DNA from: Ostreococcus lucimarinus | Taxonomy: Eukaryota | DNA: 64,000 nt | Reading direction: 5' to 3' (one strand) | Assembly: GCA_000092065.1 (NCBI GenBank) | Contig: CP000593.1 | Shown here: one piece after another, positions 27,892 through 36,228 of the stretch | How positions within the stretch are numbered: the first letter of the stretch is position 1 | How the letters are laid out: every line of letters starts with the position of its first letter | Position numbers and translations under genes: made by a program | The notes under the pieces: model-generated | The model's input: only the letters and a program-made list of their open reading frames with translations | Told to the model about the DNA's origin: nothing | The model's database searches: none

Positions 27892-29913
27892 CTAATTCTC
27901 CCACGCCACGTGACGCGACGAATTTACCCTCGATGACGGATCGGCTTCGGACGAGAGTATGCTCCCGTCGTCGACCGCCGAAGATGACGCCCACGTGTCG
28001 TACTGCAATCCTGGGATGTTTTGCGTGTGATCGCTCGAGCGATGCGCGTCCAAGACGAAGGGCTCGTCCAAGAGCGCCACAGCCTCGGGGCGCATCTCCG
28101 CGTCTCTTTGTAAACATAGTCGCAAGAAATCTTGTCCTTCGGGGGACAAATCCTCGGGGATGTCTGGGATCTCGTTCGAGGATGCGATTTTGAATATTAT
28201 TTGCACCTGCGTGCTGCACTCGCTCCACGGCGGCGAGCCCGTAGACATCTCATACACCGTGCACCCAACGCTCCAGATATCGGCTTCAAAACCGATATTT
28301 TGTTGGCGTATTACCTCGGGTGCCATCCAACACGCGCTTCCTTTGAACGATTTCCCGATCGACACGCGCTCGAGCACCTTGGCCATACCAAAATCGGCGA
28401 GCTTGATGCGCCCGCTCTTTTCTACTAAAATGTTCGCCCCCTTGATGTCTCGATGTACCACGCGCTGCGAGTGCAAATACGCCAAACCGATTAAAATTTG
28501 ACGCGTATACACGCGAATTACGTTTTCTTCAAACTTACCGAATCTCTGCACGAGAGACGCGATGGATCCTCCCGGGACGTATTCTAAAAAGATGTACAGC
28601 GCCGTCTCTTGACGCGTGATCCCAATGTAACGTACGATATTGGGATGCACTAAGCGCGAAAGCACGTCCACTTCTTGCTCGAGTTGCTCAATGGACTCGT
28701 CGCGGTGCTTATCCGAACTCCCCACGCGAACTTCCTTGAGCGCGAAAAGCTCACCCGTGTCGCCATTGAGCGCTAGCCAGACGCTGCCGTACGAACCTTC
28801 CCCTAAATTATCCCCTTTTGTCCATCGACGAGGTTTCGTCGGTGCGAGCGACGTGTGACACATTCGTAACATACCATCATCCGAGGTGGTGTAACTCACC
28901 TCGCTCCAAGCGCCGCCGCTCGTCGATCGACGATGACCCAAACGCGGCGAAGGAATGCCGTTGTCTGAGTAGTCGTGATCCGTCGACGCCCTCACGGACG
29001 GCGCGCCGTCATCCATGAACGGGTTCGATCGATCGCGCTTGTGCATCGTCTCGCGATGACTATCGTCCATCGCGTCTCTCGCGCTCAAGTCGCTTGCCGT
29101 CGTGCTAACCTCGGACAACCTCGAATCTCTATGCGCTCGGCGCTCGGGGCCCGAGCTCGGCGGCGACTCGGACAATTCCACCGCCGTCATGGACGCCGCA
29201 CCTTTCGCGTGCCGAGGGATCGTCACTTTTGTTGACGCCACTTTCGCCACCTTCCCAGCCGCCGCCATCGCGCCCTTCGCCGCCCCAGCCGTGGTGGACA
29301 CGAAGGAATTCGTCCGCCGAGTCACTCTATCTCGCGATTGAATCAATCGCGTCTTCTCCCCCGAGTCCACCGCCATGTCCAGCGTCACCTCATCCAAACT
29401 CACGTATCCATCGTGCGATCCGGGCAAGAGCACTTTCAGCTTCTCCGCGACGCGCGTCGACCCACGCCCGTGCGCTGACGCCAAATTCCCCAACGGAGGC
29501 GGCAACGGCAACGGCGTCGCCTCGCTCGTCGTCGCCGCCTCGCGTCGCTCCGCCGCCGCCAACACCTCCGCCGCGGGCGTCATCCGGAGCGATCTCGTGG
29601 ACTTCGTCATCGCACGGCTACCCATCACCGCTCCATCGCTCGCGCTCTCGCGCGCCACCGCGTCCGCTCGCCGATCGTCTTCGTTCGCGTTCGCGTTCGC
29701 GTTCGCGTTCGCGTTCGCGTTCGCGTTCGCGTTCGCGTTCGCCCCGTCTCGCCGCATCCTCTCCTTCGCCTTCACCGCCGCCCCCTTCATCGCGATCGCG
29801 ATCGCCCGCGCGCGCGCCTTGAAAGATCCAGACCCCGTCGACGTCCGCGCGTCGCCGACGCCGTCGTCGTCGACGTACGGCGTCGTCGACGCGCTCGAAA
29901 AGCAAATTCCCAT
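27892..29913 (-). CDS. MAP kinase kinase kinase (MEKK/STE11-type) with N-terminal acylation motif
   Basis: ATG at 29913. The C-terminal kinase domain reads W.KG..LG.GSYGSVWLA....GELFALKEV, VHRDIKGANILV, IKLADFGMAK, GSACWMAPEV. The N-terminus MGICFS has a myristoylation/palmitoylation-type motif (glycine at position 2, cysteine at position 4). Confidence 0.85.
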   Translation of the reverse strand: MGICFSSASTTPYVDDDGVGDARTSTGSGSFKARARAIAIAMKGAAVKAKERMRRDGANANANANANANANANANANEDDRRADAVARESASDGAVMGSRAMTKSTRSLRMTPAAEVLAAAERREAATTSEATPLPLPPPLGNLASAHGRGSTRVAEKLKVLLPGSHDGYVSLDEVTLDMAVDSGEKTRLIQSRDRVTRRTNSFVSTTAGAAKGAMAAAGKVAKVASTKVTIPRHAKGAASMTAVELSESPPSSGPERRAHRDSRLSEVSTTASDLSARDAMDDSHRETMHKRDRSNPFMDDGAPSVRASTDHDYSDNGIPSPRLGHRRSTSGGAWSEVSYTTSDDGMLRMCHTSLAPTKPRRWTKGDNLGEGSYGSVWLALNGDTGELFALKEVRVGSSDKHRDESIEQLEQEVDVLSRLVHPNIVRYIGITRQETALYIFLEYVPGGSIASLVQRFGKFEENVIRVYTRQILIGLAYLHSQRVVHRDIKGANILVEKSGRIKLADFGMAKVLERVSIGKSFKGSACWMAPEVIRQQNIGFEADIWSVGCTVYEMSTGSPPWSECSTQVQIIFKIASSNEIPDIPEDLSPEGQDFLRLCLQRDAEMRPEAVALLDEPFVLDAHRSSDHTQNIPGLQYDTWASSSAVDDGSILSSEADPSSRVNSSRHVAWEN
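29683..29742. repeat. Hexanucleotide microsatellite (gttcgc)x10, encoding (Ala-Asn)n in the MAPKKK
   Basis: Ten perfect units on the plus strand. In frame on the minus strand they give ANANAN... Confidence 0.9.
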
Positions 29914-30125
29914 GCCTCGAATCCTCCAACGACTTTCGACTTTCGTTCGTTTTCACCGCGCGCGGCGCGCGCGGCGCGTCGTCGTCGCTCGAGCGTCGCT
30001 CGAATCGCGCGCGATCGCCGGCGTCGCGATCACGTCCGCGCGCGCGCGCGTCGGACGCCCGCGCGCGCGGGCATCGACGACGGTCGTCCCGAGCTGCGTC
30101 GCACTCTGCGGCGCGCGCGCGCGCG

Positions 30126-31916
30126 ATGCCGCCCGGCGCCGCGCCCGGCGCGCCGGACGACGCGGGCGGTGGCTACGACTACGCCGCGCAGCTCGAGCGC
30201 GAGCCCGCGCGCGCGCGCGACGCGCGGGCGGCGTTTAAACACGCGCTGCCGCTGCTCGCGCTGACGCTCGTCGCGCTCGCCGCGCTCGCGCTCGACGCCG
30301 CGAGCGTCGCGCGAGACCGCGCGCGAGGATTCTCAAAGTTCTTTTCGTCGATCGACGACGATCGCGACGGCGAGCTGACGCTGGGCGAACTGGCGGAGTA
30401 CTTGGGGACGGCGCGACTCGGCGTGGCGGGCTCGGACGCGGCGACGACGGCGCGACGATTGGATTCTCCGGACGACGACGACACGACGGTGAGCCTACGG
30501 GAACTGCGGCGAGGCGCGGGGTTGATGAAGAGCGTGCGCGAGACGGCGGAGTGGGTGCGATGGGGGGTTGGGGCGCCGGAATGCGCGAACGCGTTCGCGG
30601 AGAACGGCGTGTCGTCGATGGATTTTCCATCGTTGTTGGCGAAGGACGGCGAACGGTTGCGACGGATGGGGGTGGTGCGCGATCACGAAAAATTGACGAG
30701 AGCGATGACGAGGCAGTTGTTGCACGTCGGGCGCGCACCTTCGTCGCCGAGAGCGGTCAAGGCGAGCGTGGAGCGCGGCGACGGGGAGCCGCGAGTGCGC
30801 GTGACGTGGAGAGCGCCGAAAGATCTCGGTTCGCCGCGCGCGCACGAATACGTCGTGCAAAGCGGAGTCGGGGTGGGTGGTAGAGTTTTAAAGTGGACTC
30901 ACGTTGCGAACGTCGACAGTGAGACGTTTACGGTGGATGTTGATGAGTTGAGTCGCGCGCCTGGGGTGCGGCACAAATTTCGCGTCATTGCTTGGGGCGA
31001 GTACGGGAGGAGTAAATCAACCAAAGCGATGTCGAACTGGGTGACGATAGCCGATGAAAGCGACGCCAAGTGGGTGGGTACGATTGTTTCGCTCGCTTTG
31101 ACGCTTCGATTCGTCATCGCCGCGCGTGGCCTCATCATCCGCGGCTTGGTGCTGATGGCGGCCTTGGTCAAGTTTACCGTCGCTCTAGCGAAGGGAGAGA
31201 AGAAGAGCGTGAAGGAATTCCTCGAACCGGCGCTCCGCATGAAGGAACCGTCGACACCGCCGTCCGTCGGTATAAGCATCAACAGAAAGCTCTTCACGCC
31301 TACGAAGGTTCTCGAGAGTCAATCGAGCATGAGCGAGAGCGACCCTTACTTTGTCGCTGTGGGAGATGCGTGCATGTCCATGGAAAGCCGCAAGCAGCTA
31401 GCAAGGAAACACTTGGACGAGCGTGAGTTCGCCGCCGGTGCGGGAGGCTCGGACGGCTTTTCACCCGTGCATCAAAGCATAGTATCAAGGCACGCGAGAG
31501 AAGCGATGACGCTCGCGCCAAACGACTCGTTAAATGGACGACGGCGCGAGCCAGGCGTTAAAGTTCTCGCGTGTAGCGACCCGGGGTGTCAAGTAAACTT
31601 GAAAAAAGCTCGCACCGTGCGGCATTTCTGCGGTTTATGTCAGGCGTGGTTTTGCGCGGAGCACACGCGAGTGTCACCTCACGGAAATCGCGGGCGATGC
31701 AAGCCCGAGTCGCGGTGCATCTGCACCGACTGCTACGAGATTCTCTCGAAAGAGGAGCAGCGAGAATTGGACGAAGATAACGCGTATTCGATCGCGTCTC
31801 GGACGACAAAAAAGAAGACGTTGTCGCGCGCTGTTACAATGATGATGACACGTCGACGCGGCGCGAAGGCGTCGGAGATTAGTAATAATCTTTTCAAAGA
31901 CGCCATGAGCGCGTGA
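30126..31916 (+). CDS. Multidomain membrane protein: signal-anchor, EF-hand, SAM, fibronectin type III, TM region, C-terminal FYVE-like zinc finger
   Basis: ATG at 30126. The domains are:
- A canonical EF loop DDDRDGELTLGE (30354-30389), followed by a degenerate acidic loop.
- A SAM-like block TAEWVRWGVGAPECANAFAENGVSSMDFPSLLAKDGERLRRMGVVRDHEKLTRAMTRQLL (about 30537-30725).
- An FN3-like block (PSSPRAV...RVTWRAP...HEYVVQ...YGRSKSTKAMSNWVTI).
- A hydrophobic region at 31071-31190.
- A Cys/His cluster RHFCGLCQAWFCAEH...CICTDC. Confidence 0.75.
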   Translation: MPPGAAPGAPDDAGGGYDYAAQLEREPARARDARAAFKHALPLLALTLVALAALALDAASVARDRARGFSKFFSSIDDDRDGELTLGELAEYLGTARLGVAGSDAATTARRLDSPDDDDTTVSLRELRRGAGLMKSVRETAEWVRWGVGAPECANAFAENGVSSMDFPSLLAKDGERLRRMGVVRDHEKLTRAMTRQLLHVGRAPSSPRAVKASVERGDGEPRVRVTWRAPKDLGSPRAHEYVVQSGVGVGGRVLKWTHVANVDSETFTVDVDELSRAPGVRHKFRVIAWGEYGRSKSTKAMSNWVTIADESDAKWVGTIVSLALTLRFVIAARGLIIRGLVLMAALVKFTVALAKGEKKSVKEFLEPALRMKEPSTPPSVGISINRKLFTPTKVLESQSSMSESDPYFVAVGDACMSMESRKQLARKHLDEREFAAGAGGSDGFSPVHQSIVSRHAREAMTLAPNDSLNGRRREPGVKVLACSDPGCQVNLKKARTVRHFCGLCQAWFCAEHTRVSPHGNRGRCKPESRCICTDCYEILSKEEQRELDEDNAYSIASRTTKKKTLSRAVTMMMTRRRGAKASEISNNLFKDAMSA

Positions 31917-32131
31917 GCGGCGCACGCGCACCGCGTAGCTGAGTTGCGATAGTACACTAATTATACGTTAGAACGACGACGACGACGACGACGACGCGCG
32001 TCCGAGAGTTTAATAATTTCGTTCGTTCGTCTTAAAACGCTATCGGTATCGACATGCCCGATTTCTACAGACGTAAAATTTGTGTTGTTGTGTCGAAGGG
32101 AGTTCAACTTGTTTTTGCTAGTGAGACTCAA

Positions 32132-32991
32132 TTACGCGTCGAGCAACTCGTCATCCTCATCCGGCAACGGCTGCGCCGCCGCATCGGCGAGCTCCTTTTC
32201 GTACGCGGCAACCTCGGCCAAGTCCACTTGGACGGTCGGCGGCGCCAACGCCGGGGATTCGGTGAACTGCAACGCCGCGTTCCCGCTCAACTTGCGAGCG
32301 AGGTACAAGAACGGCTTTTCAAAGTTGTAGTTGGACTTCGCCGACAACTCGTAGTACTGCAAGTTCTTCTTACGGTGGAACGTGATCGATTTCGCGCGCA
32401 CCTGACGGTTGCGCACGTCAACCTTGTTACCGCACAACACGATGGGAATGTCCTCGCACACGCGCGTGATGTCGCGGTGCCACGTCGGCACGTTTTTATA
32501 CGTCGTCCTCGACGTCACGTCGAACATGATGATCGCGCACTGCCCGTGGATGTAATACCCATCGCGCAGGCCGCCAAACTTTTCCTGCCCCGCGGTGTCC
32601 CAGCAATCGAATCGAATCGGCCCGCAGTTCGTGTGGAAATCCAGCGGGTGCACGCTCACGCCCACCGTCGGCAAATACTTCTTCTCAAACTCCCCCGTCA
32701 AGTGTCGCTTCACGAACGTCGTCTTCCCTGTCCTCGCGCGTCCCGCGCGTCGCGTCGCGTCGTCAGTCACCCACGTCCGCGTCTCCCGTCGCCCTCGTCT
32801 TCTCCCCGCCGCGTCCCGCGCGTCCCGTCGCCCTCGTTTTCCGTTTCCGATGCGCAGATTCGGATTCGCGTCGTTCGATCGCGTTCGGCCCTCATCCGCG
32901 CTCGCGTCGCGTCGCGTCGCGCACCCGTCCCGCCGTCGCCGACGAGGATCAGCTTGAACGTCGGCACTTGCCCCTGCGGCGGCGCGGACAT
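32132..32991 (-). CDS. RAN: Ran GTPase, 2 exons: 32991..32925 and 32727..32132
   Basis: The spliced product is 220 aa: [23 protein letters not shown]|[23 protein letters not shown]...[17 protein letters not shown]...NKVD...[13 protein letters not shown]...DDELLDA. The P-loop codon is split by the intron in phase 1. Confidence 0.95.
32728..32924 (-). other. Ran intron (197 nt)
   Basis: Donor G|GTGCGC; ACTGAC (plus-strand gtcagt at 32762-32767) 35 nt before the acceptor CAG. The splice restores the invariant GDGGTGKTT P-loop. Confidence 0.92.
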
Positions 32992-33234
32992 CGCGTCGAT
33001 CTCGGCGCGTCGCGCTCTCGCGCATGCCGTCGGCGCGCGCCCTAGGGCGCCCGCTGTTTTTGAATAGAGCACACACACGGTGCTTTATCCACTCTTTATA
33101 CGTACTTCAAACACGTATACTACATCAACCAAGCTCTATATGAAAAGGATCTCAAACCCGGATCGGAACGAGTGGCCCAGCGCGCGCGCGACCGCGGCGC
33201 GCACACCCCGACGCCGCGGCGACGCGACGACGCG

Positions 33235-35346
33235 ATGGCGAGCGCGCGAGGCGCGACGACGGCGACGCGCTCGCGCGGCGTCGCGACCGCGACGCGCGTC
33301 GCGACGCGACGACGACGCGCGACGCGGGCGAACGCGACGAACGACGCGCGCGATGGGTCGAGCAAAGCGGCGCTCGCGGCGAAGATCGCGGCGCTCAGGG
33401 CGGAGAACGAGGCGATCAAGGCGCGGATGACGACGCGAGGCGCGGAGGGAAGCGGCGCGGCGCGCGAGGGGCGCGGGGGGGGGGTAGCGACGATGCGGGG
33501 GGAGACGAAGGCGGAGGCGAGGACGACGGCGAAGGCGGAGGCGGAGGCGTTCGCGGGCGATCTTCCGAGCGCGTACGAGGGGGAATCGGAATACGGCGCG
33601 AAGGCGAAGGCGGCGGCGGCGAAGAAGGCGATGGGGGGGGAGGAGACGGAGGCGACGACGGCGACGACGGCGACGACGGATACCGCCATGTTCGCGGAGG
33701 CGTTACCGCCGCCGACGACGACGGCGCCGACGACGGCGCGACCGCCGGTGGAGAAGACGGATAATCCGATGCAAATCGTGTTCGTGTCGAGCGAGGTGGC
33801 GCCGTGGTCGAAGACTGGGGGGCTAGCGGACGTGTGCGGTTCTTTGCCGCAGGCGCTCGTCGCGCGCGGGCACCGCGTCATGGTCATCGCGCCCAAGTAT
33901 CAAAACGGCTCAAAGTCGGACGTTTTGTACGAAGGCGCGTTCGATACGTGCGTCAAGGCGAAGCTCGGATGCTTCGGTGGCGAACAAGAGGTGGGTTACT
34001 TTCATCAAATGAAGAACGGCGTCGATTACGTCTTCGTCGATCATCCGTCGTTCCACCGCAAGGGTGGACTGTACGGAGATTCGTACGGCGTGTACGGCGA
34101 CAACCAGTTCAGATTCACTTTGTTGTCCCACGCCGCGTGCGAAGCGCCGCTTCAGTTGCCATTCGCGGAGTGCGGTGGTTATTACGGACAAGACGTCGTC
34201 TTCGTCGCCAACGACTGGCACGCCGGTTTGGTACCGACTTTGGTGGCGTCCAAATACCGTCCTCACGGCGTCTACAAGGATGCGCGCACGATTTGCGCCA
34301 TTCACAACATTTTGCACCAAGGCGCGGAACCGTCGACGACGTTCCCGAACCTCGGCGTGCCGAACGAGTGGTACGGCGCGCTCGAGTACCAGTACCCCGA
34401 GCACATGCGCGCGCACGAACTCGATGAGGGTAGAGTGGTGAACATTTTGAAGGGTGCGATCGCGACGTCCGACCGCGTGTTGACCGTCTCTCAAGGGTAT
34501 GCGTACGAAATCACCACCCCAGAAGGTGGTCAGGGCATGGAAGGTTTGCTCTTGAGTCGCCAAAACCGCTTGGACGGCATCGCGAACGGCATAGACATGG
34601 ATGAGTGGAATCCGGAGGCGGATGCGGATTGTGCGGCGGCCTTTACGGTGACGGACATGTCCGGAAAGCTCGAGTGCAAACGCGCGCTGCAGAAGGAACT
34701 GGGCTTGCCGCAACGTGACGACGTGCCATTGATGGGCTTCATCGGACGTTTGGATTGGCAAAAGGGTCCGGATTTGCTCCAGAACGCGCTCCACGACATG
34801 ATGCGCGAGGACGTCCAGGTGGTGATGCTCGGCAGCGGTTTGCCCGAGCTCGAAGACTTCATGCGTTGGGCCGAGAGCACGTACCCGGACAAGTTCCGCG
34901 GTTGGGTCGGTTTCTCCGTTCCCATGGCGCACCGCATTACCGCTGGTTGCGACATTTTGCTCATGCCTTCGCGCTTCGAGCCGTGTGGCTTGAATCAACT
35001 CTACGCCATGCGTTACGGTACGTTGCCCATCGCGCACGCCACGGGCGGTTTGAAGGACACCATCACCGCGTACAACGCGTTCGGCGACGCCGACAAGGTG
35101 TTGGCGGGCACGGCCGATTACAATCAGGGCGAAGGCGTCGGCACGGGTTGGTTGTTCAAAGACATGAACGCCGATGCTCTGATGTGGGCCGTTCGTTCGG
35201 CGTGCGACGTGTATCGCTCCGAACCGAAGATGTGGCGAGCGATGCAAACGCAAGCGATGACGCAAGATTTGTCCTGGGACAACGCCGCGACAAAGTGGGA
35301 AAAGGTTTTCGAGTGGTCTAAGATCGACCCGCCGCACTGCGGTTAG
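33235..35346 (+). CDS. Starch synthase, GT5, KTGGL type (SSI/SSII/GBSS clade), plastid-targeted
   Basis: First ATG at 33235 (the ORF-track start is GTG), with an Ala/Arg/Thr-rich transit-like leader. Catalytic blocks: VFVSSEVAPWSKTGGLADVCGSLPQALVARGHRVMVIAPKY, YGDNQFRFTLL, ANDWHAGLVP, DGIANGID...WNP, GFIGRLD.QKG.DL, MPSRFEPCGLNQLYAMRYGT.P....TGGL.DT. Confidence 0.88.
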   Translation: MASARGATTATRSRGVATATRVATRRRRATRANATNDARDGSSKAALAAKIAALRAENEAIKARMTTRGAEGSGAAREGRGGGVATMRGETKAEARTTAKAEAEAFAGDLPSAYEGESEYGAKAKAAAAKKAMGGEETEATTATTATTDTAMFAEALPPPTTTAPTTARPPVEKTDNPMQIVFVSSEVAPWSKTGGLADVCGSLPQALVARGHRVMVIAPKYQNGSKSDVLYEGAFDTCVKAKLGCFGGEQEVGYFHQMKNGVDYVFVDHPSFHRKGGLYGDSYGVYGDNQFRFTLLSHAACEAPLQLPFAECGGYYGQDVVFVANDWHAGLVPTLVASKYRPHGVYKDARTICAIHNILHQGAEPSTTFPNLGVPNEWYGALEYQYPEHMRAHELDEGRVVNILKGAIATSDRVLTVSQGYAYEITTPEGGQGMEGLLLSRQNRLDGIANGIDMDEWNPEADADCAAAFTVTDMSGKLECKRALQKELGLPQRDDVPLMGFIGRLDWQKGPDLLQNALHDMMREDVQVVMLGSGLPELEDFMRWAESTYPDKFRGWVGFSVPMAHRITAGCDILLMPSRFEPCGLNQLYAMRYGTLPIAHATGGLKDTITAYNAFGDADKVLAGTADYNQGEGVGTGWLFKDMNADALMWAVRSACDVYRSEPKMWRAMQTQAMTQDLSWDNAATKWEKVFEWSKIDPPHCG

Positions 35347-35403
35347 ATATCCAATTCAGTTTTACAATATTCATGCCGCTATAAATCAACCTACAGTGTT
35401 CCA

Positions 35404-36150
35404 TCACAGCGCGCTCTTTATGACGGCCGCCTCCCCGTCGCGACATCGCGCGTCCCACACCGCGACGCCATCGTCCGCGGCCACCGCGAACTCGGGCTCT
35501 CGACCGTACACTCGTCGCGCGACCTCGATCAAAATCATCGCCGTGAGCCCCCATATCGTGCGCCCCTCGTACTCAAAGTAATGGACGCGCACGGCTGGGC
35601 GCGCCCCGTTCGGCCGCGCCCAGTCGTCGTACCGGTGACGATCCGCGCTCAGAAACATCTCCAGCGGCGCCGTGAACACCTCCGCCACCTCCTCGCGCGA
35701 GATCTCCTCCTCGCGCACGCGAAATCCCTCCCGAACCACCCCCACCACCGGTCGCACGCTCACGCGATGCCTCGACATCACCACCGGCAACCGTCCCACC
35801 ACCTCCACGTCCCTCGGCGTCCGCATCCCGATCTCCTCCCGCGCCTCCCGCGCCGCCGTGCCCGCGTCGCACGCGTCCCGCGCGTCTCGCTTCCCTCCCG
35901 GCAGCGCGATCTCTCCCGCGTGCGATCGCATCGACGTCGCGCGCGTCGTCAGCGTCACGTCCCAACCGTCGTCCCCGCGCGCCGCGAGCGGGACGAGCAC
36001 CGCCGCGCGATCGCTCCCGCGCATTCGCGCGTGCGCCGCCGCGTCGCCGTCGCCGTCGCCGTCGTCGAACAGTCCGCGCAGCGCGTCCGCGCGGCGCGTC
36101 GGCATCGTCGACGCGCCGACGCGTCGCGACGTCGCGACGCATCGTTCCAT
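35404..36150 (-). CDS. Nudix hydrolase, CoA pyrophosphatase subfamily (NUDT7/8, plant NUDX11/15-like)
   Basis: Nudix box GEIALPGGKRDARDACDAGTAAREAREEIG. The upstream SHAGE.ALPGG context is typical of CoA-diphosphatases. ATGs lie at 36150 and 36105; the ORF-track start is GTG. Confidence 0.75.
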   Translation of the reverse strand: MERCVATSRRVGASTMPTRRADALRGLFDDGDGDGDAAAHARMRGSDRAAVLVPLAARGDDGWDVTLTTRATSMRSHAGEIALPGGKRDARDACDAGTAAREAREEIGMRTPRDVEVVGRLPVVMSRHRVSVRPVVGVVREGFRVREEEISREEVAEVFTAPLEMFLSADRHRYDDWARPNGARPAVRVHYFEYEGRTIWGLTAMILIEVARRVYGREPEFAVAADDGVAVWDARCRDGEAAVIKSAL

Positions 36151-36228
36151 CCGTCGCGCGCGCCGTCGATCGCGCGCGCGGCGCTTTTGTATCACCTTTT
36201 TCGTCGTACACAGTCACCGTTTCGCGCC

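Noticed and set aside
35581-36228. The first 216 codons of the 1269-aa ORF that contains SSIII.
   Set aside because: This part is antisense to the well-supported Nudix gene, is His/Arg/Pro-rich, and has a GTG pseudo-start. Coding sequence begins at ATG 36229 or 36535.
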